Shown here one piece after another: positions 36,886-49,510 of a DNA stretch of 64,000 nt (the first letter of the stretch is position 1; every line of letters starts with the position of its first letter). The notes beneath the pieces were generated by a model. The model searched no databases. It saw only the letters and a program-made list of their open reading frames with translations, and was not told the origin of the DNA. A program made the position numbers and the translations under genes. Source of the DNA: Rhodosorus marinus CCMP1338 (taxonomy: Eukaryota > Plantae > Rhodophyta); NCBI GenBank assembly GCA_029953675.1, contig JAMWBK010000003.1, forward strand, positions 3,224,001 through 3,288,000, written 5' to 3'.

Positions 36886-39035
36886 CCTGTTATTACCGAC
36901 AAACCTCCCGCAACCCGGAAAAGAAAGGCCTTCCAACTCTTCAAAGCATCGTCGTCGAAGCCTTGGCACATGTATGCGTATATGCGTATATGCTTGTACT
37001 ACACCCCACACTTTTTAGACTCTCGTCTCTCACTAGCTCACTTCTCCGAGTTGAGTTGAGTTGCCCGCGCGGAATTGCATGAGTAGTAAAACACAGTGCT
37101 ACCTCATGGCTAATAACGCCCAAATAGTTTCTAAAAAAAGAACCAGAATTCTAGTTTTCAGCAAAACTCTTCACCACCGGAAATCCAGAGCGTTCCATTA
37201 GTGAGGGCATGGACCACTGTCCAAAATACCCGCACTCTCCATGGGCCAAGGCAAGCAGCGTTCTGGTTCACACCTTCCCCGGAGAGTGAACGGCGAAGAT
37301 TATCGTATTTACCCATGTTTGATACGGTTTAGGTGTGCCCTTGCTAAATTTCAAAATAAATTGATCCGAATGGATAGTGTATTTGCGAAACGGCTGAGTT
37401 TGGAGATGTGACAGAGCTTTGGGGGTAGGATTTGCAAAACCTTTTGCTGCTGTGCTACCACACCCCCGGTTGGCCCCCATCCGCTCGACAGCGTTGCACC
37501 TCAGAAAGTATTGGATGATCAATATCTTCTCAAAGAATCTCAGGGAAGACTAAAGCATCAGATCAAAAAATACTTGGGGTCCTATGTATTTACTTCTGAA
37601 ATTTTGAATCTCACCGGCAAAGCTCTCCAATTAGCCCTTGAGGAGTTTCGAAGAGTCGCTACTAAAAAGATATTCATGTTATGCAAGTTTTAGGCCGCCG
37701 CGGGTTGCCCTGCGACCCACAAAAAACGCTTGTTCTGATGTTTGAACGCTGATAATTACAGTTCAGATGTGGACATGACGAAAAGATATTTTTGAACTGT
37801 TCCCACTGATTGGGTGTCAACCCGTAGGGGTTTTGATACGAGTAACGGAAAACATGCAGGAATCTCGAATCCAGATTTGCTTCCACATGCCCGACTCCTG
37901 CAAAAAGGCCAATCGACAATAATCAGCGTCGGTTGACTAGGCAAACGGTTTTTTTTCCTGACAATGATTAGCTGAACCTTTCTAGTGTTTTAGAAGAGTT
38001 TCGAGCTATCTTCCCGTTCATTGGTTGATATCACGTGCATGGCTCTTGTATTTTTCTTACATTTCGAACTCGAGAAACGACGGCCGCACAAAACGGCTTC
38101 GGTGCGTGGGTTGGTGCACTAGAGCCGGCTGGGTATCCTAGAAAATGCGTTCTACACATTCCGAAACACTAACAAACGAATCGTGCGAACAGTCACGTGC
38201 CAGTTTTGATAAATGGACTCTTTCGGAATACAGGCAAAAGCATGTTTCAGTCCAAATCAACTGTTTCTCCATCTACATGCCATCTTCCGTGACAATGTAT
38301 CTGAATCGATAATCTCGAGTCATAGTCAAGAGCACCTGCTTCACTGAACTCGGACTGGCATCGGGTTCTAAGGTTGATGTCAATTGTTACTCCTGCCAAA
38401 GGGGCTTTCGGCGGTATTACGAATTTCTTTACGTCCGAGTGCCAAACCCGTATCTTCGGAATGGAGTCTTCCGCAATCTACACTGTTTTTTCGTTTTGAA
38501 GTTATTCTCCTAATCTTCGGGCTCGGCAAAAAAGGTACCAAAAGAGCAGCTATGTTTCTTGCATGAACGTGCTCTTCATGCATTAGACTAGGATTGTCGT
38601 GTTCCTCCAGTAAGAATGTTTAGTCCAGGTTCGTGGTACCTCAATATGGAATAAAAGAAGAAAATTCAGGTCGTTGGATCTAGATTCTTCCATAAAATGT
38701 GCCCCGATAGAATACCCCTCAATCAGAGGTGTTTTTGCAAAGTTTTCATCCAAACGTAACCAAAAAGTCCATTTGTTATGGACGTTCTATAACAACGCTA
38801 GTTTGACGTACAGAAAGCCCTTTCCGTGAAGCAGTCTGCCCGGGAGGCGTTTGGTTCATGTCCCATCCCGCTGGCGCAATATATGCTGTGCGTGCTCAGA
38901 TTGCATCCGTGAACTCCGCGCGCTGAGGCAGAGTTTCCTAGCCCAGAGTACGGCAGCCACGGGCATACCCCGTAATTTCATGAATCGCACCTGTACAGGA
39001 TGTGAGCACCGCAAGCTATGAGAAATCTGCACATT

Positions 39036-41228
39036 TCACGACCCGCCCCTGATCCCGTTGTGCATGCACAAGCCGGTACTCTTGTCAAAGTAGACTGCAG
39101 CGACCTCAAGAAAGCGCTTTTGTGGAGGAGGTGTCTTTCTTGGGTTGTAGTGAACGAACGGATCATGGGGCTGAAGTTTTCCATCCTCCTCCGTGAGAAG
39201 CAATCCGTCATTGGTGAACACGTTCTTCGGCAAGAACGTGGCAGATATGTTCGCGCTTTTCAAGAAGCATTTGTCGGCATCCACTCGGTTCTCGCCCTCA
39301 GGACCGCAAACAGCTTCGAAAAGCTGCATCTCGCAAGAACGCTGTTCGGTTTCATTCCGGCTCAAGATATGAGCGATTAACCTGATCACTTTCGGTGAGG
39401 ATCGGAACAGCATGAGCCTGCCACCGACGCCGGTATTAGCGGATTCGTTTGCTCCTGCTGAACTCCAAAGCAGAAGATCCCCACGGATCTTCTCCAGAGA
39501 ACGTAGCGGATTCCTTATCCAATGCGCTCGCACATCACTGTACACAACATCGTGGCCAGTTTTCAGCACTGAAGCAACTGATGCAAGCCACAAACAATCG
39601 CCGCGAGTTTGCCCGGTAATCGAAATTTGCGATCGCTTTCTTTGAATCTCTGAACTGTAATCTTTGTACACTGCGAGCCCGTGCAGAACGGCCTCTATGA
39701 AGACTTCGTCGTCAAGAGCTGATAGGAGGTAGTTCGAAATCCCTAGATTTTGCAAGTTGCAGGCAAAGTTCTTCAAGGTTTGGCGATTACTGGAAGTCAC
39801 AGCGGACACGACGATCATATTTTTGCTGCTAAGCATGCCAACGAGCTCATCCATAGACGGATATCCGTCAGGTGCTACTGAGCTTCCTGCCTTGTTGAAG
39901 AGATTGTGAGGACCGGGGTATCGGTCTGATCCTCGACTGGCTGGTTCCTGCCCACAGAAGATAGACTTTGAATCACTTACAACGAAGGGGTCAGTCTGCG
40001 ACTCCACCACGAATGGACTGTATTCGCAGCGGCATGTGTTTGGCCGAATGCGCTTGGTAAGACAGAATGGAACATTTTCGTAGCACGACGTTATCTTATA
40101 AGGCGCATGAAGAATGGTCCCCAACTGATTATGGTATGTCCCGTGGGAGTTAGCCAGGTAGTTGTTGATCCAGAGCTCGAATTTCCCGTGCACACCGGAG
40201 CTCCAGTATCCTCGATTGAACCCGGCTTTGTTCTGGGTACTTTCCACTTCGGAGACAAGGTGATGATCGTGCTTCACGTGCACCAATGACACGGCCTCGG
40301 AGACATCCACAACGTCACGAAAGCCTGCGTGAATCGCCTCGTGGGTAAACCAGTTATCGTATTTACCTCGTCCGTTCGAAAAACGGGGCATAATTCCTTC
40401 AAACAGCGGACCCTTCCGAGTGTTCCATGCCCACATATCGACGCCGCCGAAAGTATGGAGCTGAGCAGTTCTGCGAGCATGAATGACGACACGATTTCGA
40501 AACGTGTAGCTGTCTTCTTCTGGAGAGCTTGGGAGATCCTCAACATCCCATCGAGCTCCAATCATGAAGAATTTGTCAAACTCTGCTTCGACTTTGGAAA
40601 GTACCATCGAGAAGTCATTGAAGAGCATTATGTCCGAGTTTATCAACACAACGACAGCACTGCGAGACTCATTCGCTCGTGCCAGCATGGAGGGAAACAA
40701 TGGAAGTCCGCTGAAGCTAGTATCAACTCTGGTTTCCATTCGCACACCATGTAGCCTTGCAACTTCTTCATATCCTTCTCCGCCTCCAAGGAACGTGATA
40801 TTCGGTTTTGGGCAGAGCGCTAGCCAGGAACCGAGAGCCCGAAGTTGGTTGACCCTATCGACTCCAATGAAGGGCTTCGGAGCTGTAAAAATATGCACCC
40901 TGGTGGAGTCAGAACGGCAGGTCTTTGCATCGCCATTTAGCCTTGGAAACAATAAGTCACCCAAAGTCTCTCCATCAGACACTGCGAGGCGAATTACAAG
41001 CACAGAGAAAAGCAGAGAAACCAAATAGAGCGCCAGTGCTACCCATCCGCCACAGTAATCAACCCATCTTTGTCCATGCCTATGAGCTCGAAAAGTATCC
41101 TCAGCAGGAGACGAACGTGGATTCTTCTCGAATCTAGTTGTCAGTGATTCATCTTGAGATCTTTCCTGGCTCTTCTGCCAGGGATTCAAAATAGCTTCTG
41201 GGTCTTTAACCTGTCGTCTCCGCATCAC
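39036..41228 (-). CDS. Type II membrane protein with two glycosyltransferase-like domains (the C-terminal one nucleotide-diphospho-sugar transferase/GT77-like), 730 aa, intronless
   Basis: One TM helix near the N-terminus. Domain 1 reads FTAPKPF...RALGSW...INSDI...GRGKYDNW. Domain 2 reads NYLLSALD...VLKTGHDVVYSDV..HWIRNP...GGRLMLFRS. Confidence 0.75.
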   Translation of the reverse strand: MMRRRQVKDPEAILNPWQKSQERSQDESLTTRFEKNPRSSPAEDTFRAHRHGQRWVDYCGGWVALALYLVSLLFSVLVIRLAVSDGETLGDLLFPRLNGDAKTCRSDSTRVHIFTAPKPFIGVDRVNQLRALGSWLALCPKPNITFLGGGEGYEEVARLHGVRMETRVDTSFSGLPLFPSMLARANESRSAVVVLINSDIMLFNDFSMVLSKVEAEFDKFFMIGARWDVEDLPSSPEEDSYTFRNRVVIHARRTAQLHTFGGVDMWAWNTRKGPLFEGIMPRFSNGRGKYDNWFTHEAIHAGFRDVVDVSEAVSLVHVKHDHHLVSEVESTQNKAGFNRGYWSSGVHGKFELWINNYLANSHGTYHNQLGTILHAPYKITSCYENVPFCLTKRIRPNTCRCEYSPFVVESQTDPFVVSDSKSIFCGQEPASRGSDRYPGPHNLFNKAGSSVAPDGYPSMDELVGMLSSKNMIVVSAVTSSNRQTLKNFACNLQNLGISNYLLSALDDEVFIEAVLHGLAVYKDYSSEIQRKRSQISITGQTRGDCLWLASVASVLKTGHDVVYSDVRAHWIRNPLRSLEKIRGDLLLWSSAGANESANTGVGGRLMLFRSSPKVIRLIAHILSRNETEQRSCEMQLFEAVCGPEGENRVDADKCFLKSANISATFLPKNVFTNDGLLLTEEDGKLQPHDPFVHYNPRKTPPPQKRFLEVAAVYFDKSTGLCMHNGIRGGS

Positions 41229-41838
41229 AAGCTAAGAAGTTCTATGGGCCCCAACAGAGATCCCACCAAAGTCCGTAGGTCCGAGCTACATCATTCTGGA
41301 GCGACATATTAATTACAGGTTAGCCCGCTTGAGGATGTCTGCTCCCATTTCCCAACCCTGGCATTCTTCCGCCCGCAAGATATTGGATGCGCCTATCTCC
41401 GGGTCACAATGTTGTGGAAGAGGGCGGGGGACTGATGGCCATCATGAGCCAACATGAGCAAGCTCAAGCGGACATGCACTACCCTAGCGTTGGTTATGGT
41501 GAGGGATGGATGGGCGAGTCCTCTATGGCGCTGTATGCCACAGTCTAGAGAAGCGTTCTTTGCCGAGTGCAAATGCTAGTAGTAGAACTGATGCAAGCGG
41601 ATACTTAACCAGGACCTGCCGTCCTACAGTGTGAGAACGCCATGGTCACAGTCGGCTTTCTTCGTGGTGCTCGTGCATGTCGGAACGTACAGATTCCTCC
41701 CTTGTCTACGTAAAACCTGCGTCGGAGAACTTGAGCATCATCCTAGTTGGTTTCAGGGGCCAGCACAGCAGTGCTCGTATCAAGCAAAACGCTGTTGGGG
41801 CCGTGTATATAAATTGATCCTCGGGCTTCCTGTCAAAT

Positions 41839-41869
41839 ACCTCGCAAGGGTGCTCTTCCCTTGCGAGGT
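41839..41869. repeat. Perfect 12-bp hairpin with a 7-nt loop
   Basis: acctcgcaaggg-tgctctt-cccttgcgaggt. Confidence 0.85.
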
Positions 41870-41920
41870 GAAGGTCTGAAATCCACTCCTCACGTTCCCA
41901 TCGTTTCCATCACATGGGAC

Positions 41921-41993
41921 GGGGCAGCGGATACGTCGAGTCTCCTGCCAGAGCCCCGGGGCAGCGGATACGTCGAGTCTCCTACCAGAGCCC
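41921..41993. repeat. 37-bp direct tandem repeat, two copies
   Basis: ggggcagcggatacgtcgagtctcct(g/a)ccagagccc at 41921 and 41958, with one mismatch. Confidence 0.9.
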
Positions 41994-42633
41994 GAGCGCA
42001 GCGCTGCTACCATGCCATCTCCTCGTTGAATTCGTCGCAGCGTCCATTTCATATGTTTGCAGATATGCGAAAACTGGTGCGCTCTTTCTCCAATGGTTGG
42101 GCCTTTGCAGAGAACGTAAAGCAGTTGTTAATCGAGGCGCGATTATGTTGAAACTGCGCTGGTTTGGTGTGCGAAAGTTACTTGGCCGTCAACACTAGCC
42201 ACCAGCAAAATTCGTGCGGTTAACTTATCGTGCTAGCTTGGGGCACAACGGCCCCTCATACGTCTCTCACGTAAGGAGCGTCTGTAGTTCTAGAGCTAGG
42301 AAGCGGACGCTGAGTAATAGGGACATACTCTTCAGCCCATGGCAGGTGATATCGCTCCTAGCAAAAATATGTAGCATTAGCACTATCGTGACGAGCGGTA
42401 GCATTCATTTGGCAAGAAGCGAGCATTTACTGAACTCGGCAATAGTTTTTGATGGTTCGAACTGCTCATTTGCAACGACTTCAACACGTTGCTGCCTTCG
42501 TCGGTAGGTCTCCCAGAGCCAGGAGCGTTCAATGCGTATCTGCTGGGGAAGAGCGATGCCACCAAGTCCTGCGTTCGGCTAACGGGAAATGCATCAAAGC
42601 CAGCCTTTGAAATTAGACCAATAAAAATTACAC

Positions 42634-42795
42634 CACGTGTCCATGAGCAAAAGCTGATGTCAGACTGCCGAATTATGTATTCCCACGTGTCGTAGCTGTT
42701 TTCAGGGGCTGTGAAACCAGAATCTGTCACTTACCAACGAAGATTCACCACGTGTCTTTAGTCATAAACGGACAAATTATGCACGTTCACGTGTC
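42634..42795. promoter_or_regulatory. Cluster of four CACGTGTC (G-box/ABRE-like) motifs upstream of the PHR2-like gene
   Basis: CACGTG at 42634, 42684, 42749 and 42788, each followed by TC. A CCAAT lies just upstream at about 42618. Confidence 0.65.
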
Positions 42796-43353
42796 CCGCC
42801 AAGTTTGGAGTATGCTCAGGCGTGCCGCACGATCCCGGCTTCATCTAAAAACATTGAAAACTCAATTCACGGAGGCGCGAACGAACTTTCTTGGAGCGAG
42901 GGAAGAAAATCCTCGAAATGGTACGACCAACGTTTGTACCCCCTTGCGATGGCCCCGGTCAAGAGCCATTGGCGTTGGATTGCCAGATATGCGTTATTTT
43001 TGGAGGATATTTACCCAAGTGTAGGGGGTAGTTTATATCCCTAGTCCTCATGCACCACTTAATCCTCGAAGCCAGATCCAAAAGGAAGAGAAGGGGGGGG
43101 GGGGTTTGGGTTAATTGTGCATCGGGGCAATGTAGTATGTTTTTTTTGAAACTTACGGTAGGGAAAACTGATTAGCCATGAGCAACAGCAGAGGCTTCAT
43201 TTTTTTTTTTTCTTGTCTGAAAGTGTGCACTACTGGAAAATGCCATGGACGATGGCTTAGCCAGTGTTCACTGGATGAGGTGGGTGGCGACGAAGGACGT
43301 TTAGTGTCTACCGCGTTGGGAGCAAAGGGCCTGGAATTGGAGCGGTGGGTTTA

Positions 43354-44650
43354 ATGACGGGTATCGAAAGCATGGGGGGAATAGATACTGCTCTAGCTGG
43401 GTTTGTAGGCTGTGGTAAGCTTCTCTGGAGACAACGAGGGGACAGGAAGCTCTTGACGTGCAGTCGTCCAGTGTCACTCAGTATCTCAGGTGGCGGCGGA
43501 AGATCTAAGAAATGGATTGGACCGAACGCGAGAGAAGTATCGAGGAGGGGGAATGTGAGCGTGCAGGCGGTGAAGAAACCTCCAGTGGCTGCGGAGATGG
43601 AGTTGAACCCTGCAGCTACAGGTAGAGGAGGCCAGATGGTTGTCTGGTTACAGGACGTGCTGAGATTGCACGACAACCCAGCTCTGAGTTTCGCAGCGGA
43701 GGATGCTTCCTCTGTCCTAGTAATTTATATATTTGATCGAAGAATCACACATGTTGACAGAAGAGAAGATGCTCAGAAAGTTCGATTCTTGATGGACAGC
43801 CTGGAGGACCTGCGACGCTCCCTGAGGAAGATGGGCTCCGACTTGGCTCTCATTGACGGGGAACCCGAAAAGATTATTCCAAAAATCTGTAAAGGTATGG
43901 GGGCTCGTGCGCTGGCCTTTCATAGAGCCGTGACAAAACCGGGTATTGAAATTGAGAGACGACTAATGGACAATTTGGAGGACGCGAACGTGGAGTCGAA
44001 TCGGCTGTGGTCCAGCACCATGTACAGGCTGGAGGACACTCCGTTTAATCTGCGAACAATACCCTGGGAGTATGAGCAATTTGAGAAGGAGGTCAACCGA
44101 GACGGTGTCCTTAGAGAGTCTTTACCGAAGCTGACCAAGCTTCCCCCACCCCCAAGGTAGGCCATGTCTTTCTTGAAAATGATTGGAACGGCTTTCATCG
44201 AGTCCGAACGGATTCATTAACAAAGGCTCTTCCTAAAACCTGTTGTGGTTTTGCTTCTGCCCTTGGTTTTTGTTCTGCTCGAGTAGCAGTTTCGATTTCG
44301 GGAGCGTGCCAACGTGGATTTCGAAAGTAGCTGGTGAAGGAGTTAGAGAGGGGGGTGAGACTGCCGCCCTCAAGGTTTTGGAAGACAAGCTAGCAAATGA
44401 GCTACGCAACAGCAAGAATTTGAGCATTACCCCATGGAGTATCGGTCCTTGGTTGGAGTTAGGCTGCCTTTCACCCAGGCTCGTGAAGGAGAAAATTCTG
44501 AAGATTGCGACGAAACTGACTAAGGAACGTTTACGGACGCTTAATACGGAGCTCATTCTCTGGGATTTCTTCCGCTTTATCTCACTAGTCAAGTCGATAA
44601 TGAACATTGAGGCCCATTTGCCAAAGGAGAGCAAGTCAATCATTCCCTGA
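43354..44650 (+). CDS. PHR2: PHR2-like truncated cryptochrome/photolyase with a probable plastid transit peptide, 2 exons
   Basis: Exons 43354-44156 and 44290-44650. VVWL...LRLHDNPAL, RFLMDSLEDLRRSLRKMGSDL, GGETAAL, IGPWLELGCLSPR and ELILWDFFRFI, then a stop before the rest of the FAD domain. Arabidopsis PHR2 has the same architecture. Confidence 0.8.
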
Positions 44651-44898
44651 GTACATAATGGGATTCAGAGTTTCGCTGTCTGTGGTGCTTGAGCTGGACA
44701 CGCCATCTTGCTCAGATGAAGGTCGGAATTCTACGGAGACTACTAATTTGGCGTCTGTGTGCGTATGTGTGAACTAGCTGACTTCCGACTCACGGAATCA
44801 TTGACAAGCGCCAGACCTTGATATAATAAATAAACACCGCTAATACCTAGATGTGAAGATGTGCAGTCGCTGAGACACCCTCCGCTCTCCAAACCGGG

Positions 44899-46122
44899 TC
44901 ACAACAGTCTAGTCGCGGGCCTTTTCTTGCCGGGGTCATCCTCAGCTGCACTGTCAGCCAAGACCAAGCAAGGTCTGAGAGCTGTGAGAGAGATCGGAAT
45001 AGCCTCTTCCGTACGAATTGTTCTGGATCCCTGAGTGGGACACGTATTGACGTATTCGTCAAAAATTTCTTCCGTGCTTATATCCTTTCCTATACCCTGC
45101 AGATTATGATTGAGATCATGAGCGAGTGTTATGAGCTCTCATCGTCTTGGGCAGCATGGCAAGTTCTCCGCCGTAGTTTAGGGCGAGTAAGAGCCTACCC
45201 TTTCCACGAGCACGTCATCCACCATCGCTGCATGTTCTATGCCTTTCACGCCCCCGAAAACAACAAGAAGATGATGAAACGGCCCAACACTTAGATTTGC
45301 GTCCTCGACAGACCTGCCACGCTCGCTTGTCCCAACCACAAAATCGTACCCAGATTCAAAGGGACAGTTCTCAAAAACCGTGGAGAGCTTTCCCGCTCGG
45401 CGAACACGATAACCCCAGTACAATCTATGCGACCATAGCCATTCGTCAAAAATTTGTTTTCTCATCCGCGAGCCGATCGGCATGTTGCTAAGAGCTTACC
45501 CTCCACTTCTTCTTGGTTCATCTCGTCCGGCCAACTTGCCTTCTTTAATGGGTCTGTTAGGGCAGGATCCAAAGTCAATTGTAACCCTCGTACCAATCGG
45601 TTCCTTCTTTTCACCAAAATGTACTGGTTCCCTCCAGCCAACATCTGCAAAGTGTGATTCTCTTAAATTCCGATGGCCCTTTTCTCCATTTGCCCGAAAA
45701 GAGTTCCAAGAACTTGAGCCTTGTCCAGCTCGCTTGAAGCCTTGCTCAACTACTACTCCCTCTCTCCAACGCAGGTACTCGCGTTCCCTTAGGTGATGAG
45801 GAGCATCTAGAGGATTGAGGAGGCCTACATTCCTAAGCCGGGCTTCCATTGGGAATAGGTGTCGTCGCAGGTATTGTGGAGTCTCAAGATACTTGAGAAG
45901 CAGCTCCAACGTGTCATCTGAATACTTCTCTTCGACGCTATCGTCGAAAATGACCACCTCGTCCACCTCGAAGATCGCCAGCGTTCGTGCAACACTCCCC
46001 GCGACGTAAGTTCGCAAAATTTCCGATTGCGCATTGGAAAGTATCGATCCAGGAAGCGCAACACTCACAGTCCAAGGCCGATCACCTCGAGCTCGTTTCC
46101 TTACACTACCAACCCCGACCAT
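44899..46122 (-). CDS. SPOUT1: SPOUT-family RNA methyltransferase (C9orf114/SPOUT1-like), multi-exon
   Basis: TVSVALPGSILSNAQ, LKYLETPQYLRR, GLLNPLDAPHH, GLYWGY.VR, YD..VGTSERG, LLVVFGG and YVNTCPTQGSRTIRTEEA. The stop is at 44901-44899. Confidence 0.92.
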
Positions 46123-47065
46123 CTCTATCTAGCCCTACAACAGGGAAGCGCAAAACCCTAATAGATCTCGAGAAAGGATACCACAACTGGCCGAGTTTTC
46201 AGCATTCCCTCGCATCACACTGCGCTCGAGAATCAACGTTTCGCTGCGAAGAGGGTTATCGACCGTCCCCTGCTCGATCACGAGCAAAAAGACCAATTTG
46301 ATCTTGGCAGAATTTTTTGATGCTTTCTCCTGGTTTTTCTCTGCTCGCCGATGCTTATTCACGGATGTGCATGGAGTTGTGGATTCTCGCGTTCCGAGAT
46401 GTCTGCAGTGCCGGCTGCTAGGTGAAAGAATCGAAACTAGTCGCATGGGAACCACCCGCAAATATGCTTCTACTATGCGTCATCAGAAGGCTTCTTAATC
46501 CATTGGCAGCCGCCTGTGCCCTATACGCTGAGTTCATCCCTTAATGGCGACTACTGAGCGACCGTACGCCTTGAACCATGGCGGATTGGGCCAGGCGGAG
46601 AAGGACGATCGGGATGGCTTCTCAACTTTGTATGGAGTTGTTGCGACGTGATCAGGTCTGCCTCGAATAATGCAAGCACTAATCGTTCGCGTTTGCATGA
46701 TTGCTTTTAACCAAGGCGGAGTTATTCTAGGTTATTGCTGGCTTGAAGAGCAGTTGCAAACAAAATAACAATCGCTTTTCTTGCACCGCTCAAAAGAACT
46801 GTTAAGGAGGCGCCCTGACGAATGCAGCTAGCTACACACACTCACGCTACTGAACGAGAACAATCGGCAAGGGTAGAACTGATATGCTCTACCCGAGTGA
46901 AACGCATCTCTCGTCGCGTATCTGTCGTAGGTTGTCAAAAAGGCTAAATACACCATGCTCAGTTTAAATGCCCCCAATTTATTTGGACTGCATCACAGCT
47001 ATACATGTGCAAGTGTTCATATGAGCGACGGGGATCAGACTAGAAGACGCCGTGAGCGTAGCAAT

Positions 47066-49510
47066 TCAAGGTCTCGGGGCAGCATTGTACGTTGCCTCAG
47101 TGTCGAGGACCATTTTGCGAAAAATGTAGCCAGGAATCACGTCGTGAACCCATTGCTGATAGTAGTATTGGGACCTGTTTACATAGCAGGACGTTAGGAT
47201 ACCAGTTGAGGTTTTCACCTCGCGAAAAGAGTTCCCGTGAAATCCCTAACCTTCGTTCTTCTTCTGGGTTCAAACCGGTCGCACCGCGAACTACCCGGAG
47301 ATCCCGTGCTTGTGACAGGCTAAGCATATTCGCAAAGTGAGCCGGATCTCTCGCAGCAATCTCGAAACAGTCGCGCCTTCGCTTGTGCCTAACCAGTGAT
47401 TCGATCGCCTACCGAAACAGAATGATTTACAGTTTCAGCATGTTCACCAAAAGGTAAGGCTTTCTCCTTCAAGTAGAAGGCCTCTCTCAGTTGGCACTTG
47501 AACTAGACGTACCGCTAAGTGCTTGTGTGCGAGATCCAAATAGTTTTCTGACGGAAGTGAAACCGTATCATCTGGGTTGGCGGGAAATATCGCCGTAAGT
47601 ACCCCGGTTTTCTCAGCTTCAACCATTGGCGATGGATCCGGCAGCTCTATCCTGAGATCGTAAGAATCATAGTTTTGCTTGGCAAAAGAGGCTGCATTGT
47701 GCACTACATGTGGTATTGTGAAGGGTTCGAAAGCAACTGCAGAGAGGAGCCAACACGACGCAGACGACGTGAGTGAAACGAGGCCAGAGCTGCCTCAAAC
47801 CCGCCTGTTTTCGTTCCTTGCTTACCAAGGTAGCGATTGACCAGATCGAATACAGAGCTGAGCTTAAAAACGACGACGCCTTCTCCGGTGTGTTCTAAAG
47901 CAGGCCTTGGTATAATCTTCCTCAAACCGTCATCAACCTTGACCGCGGACTTGTCTTCAAAGCATAGTAGCGCCTTCTCCTTAATGTATCTCCACAAGCC
48001 CATGACAATACTACTCTTAGTATCAATTTTGATCCCAATCAGTGACGCCAGTGGCTCCCTGACTTGAAACAAGTCCGGGTTGCTTTCTGGATATAGTCTC
48101 AAGACAGCTGTGAAGTCACCATCTCCAGCTCGCACAATCTCAAACCCATCGGCTGCGCGTGATCCTTTAGCACCCCTAACCCACTCTATTGCATTGTTCT
48201 GCTGGACCTTCGGACGTCTTATCTCGACTACCGCCTTCTTAAACAGATTTGAAAATTTTCCTTCACCCACTAGGCAGAGAAAAAGCACAAAAGCTCTACT
48301 GAGCTTGCGCAAAAAAAGCGTTCGCCCGAGCTCAAAGGCTTGAAGCCGAGGTCACAGATTAATTCACGGTGACCAACAATGCTTACCCAGATAACCTGAG
48401 GTGTCCGAGATGACGTTTCCAAATACCTGGAGTTTGAATTTCGTTGGTTGACGTTTTTCTTGCAGAACTTGGCTCCTAATTTGGAGCCTAAAAATACATG
48501 TTTTGGTTTGGACGTTTCTCCTCAGGGATTCCGAAATTTCAACGTGCTTGCGTATGATCTTCAGATCCAGATCTCTCTCCAGTTCAACGATTCTTCGAAA
48601 GACTTTCGACTCCCGTTGAAGCAGCTCCACTCCACTATCAATTCAGAGAGAAACCATAAGCGCGTTTTTCAGCGTTTCACTAGCGAAGATATGCGTTATC
48701 TTCTTCTCAGCAGATGGACAGACCTAGCTGCGAGATTTAGATCAACGTCTCTATCTCGTCTCCGTTTTCTCCTGCATGCTCTGGATTTTTGAAAATCCTC
48801 GACGAAGCGTGGAGCTTCCTCCGCAGCCTTGTCAACATACATTCTAGCCTTCGATTTCTCAGTTCGTTTTCGATGTTCAGCATCCCTGGCTAGAATTTCT
48901 ACAGACCTCTCCGCCACAGCCTTCACGAGTTCCTGTCTCTTCCTCTCATTCGCTTCCCTGCCTTGCCTCTCCCTCTCTCTGCTCTCTCTCAACGCGGCGG
49001 CTCTTTCGACTTTGTCTCTCTCTTCTTTCTCCCGTTGCAGGCGTTTCTTCTCAAGGCGTTCTTCCCTCTGTGCTCGTCTCTCAGCCTCCAAACGAGCCTC
49101 AACCTCTGCCTTCTCTTTGGCTTCCTCCAAGCTGGATTCTTTTACAGCCTTTACCTCACCCTCCTTCTCCACATTTTCAAGTAGTTTCTCCTCCTTTACC
49201 TGCACCTTCGATGCCAAACTTCCCTCAACTGACATCTTCTCCCGCTCCTCCTCCTCCACCGCCGTTGCCTCGGTCTCTTTCATCTCAAGGTCTTCAGAAC
49301 TTGCCACCTGCTTCATCTCAACCCCTTCACCCAACATCTTTTCAACCTCGCCCTTCATTGTGTCTCGGTCATCATCACCTGCAACTCCTGCCACCTCCTG
49401 ATCACATACAGAAGAAAACAAGACGGCTCACGGCATTTCAGTTTCGCGAAGCCCGCGCCCCCGCAGAAAGATCCGCGTTGTTAAACCAAGCGTACCAGTT
49501 CAACTTTCAT
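47066..49510 (-). CDS. SMARCD: SWI/SNF BAF60/SMARCD/Swp73 subunit (SWIB domain) with a charged N-terminal coiled-coil region, multi-exon
   Basis: ELERDLDLKI.RK...I.ESL, IEW, ADGFEIVR.GD, the SWIB segment LASLIGI...TKSSIVMGLWRYIK, and the C-terminal SQARDL...NPEEERRSQYYYQQWV. The start is inferred from a 15-nt exon (MKVEL). Confidence 0.85.

Noticed and set aside
37100-38900. 1.8-kb interval with short ORFs, possibly decayed coding or TE sequence
   Set aside because: No recognisable motif or splice-consistent model.
41601-41870. U1 snRNA-like 5' end (ATACTTAACC...CCATGGTCAC) followed by a terminal hairpin
   Set aside because: The ACUUACCUG, loop I, loop II and Sm-site consensuses are not met.
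41780-42052. Minus-strand ORF with GKSTLARYL resembling a Walker A motif
   Set aside because: The first Gly of GxxxxGKS is missing, and the codons coincide with the DNA hairpin, so it is probably incidental.
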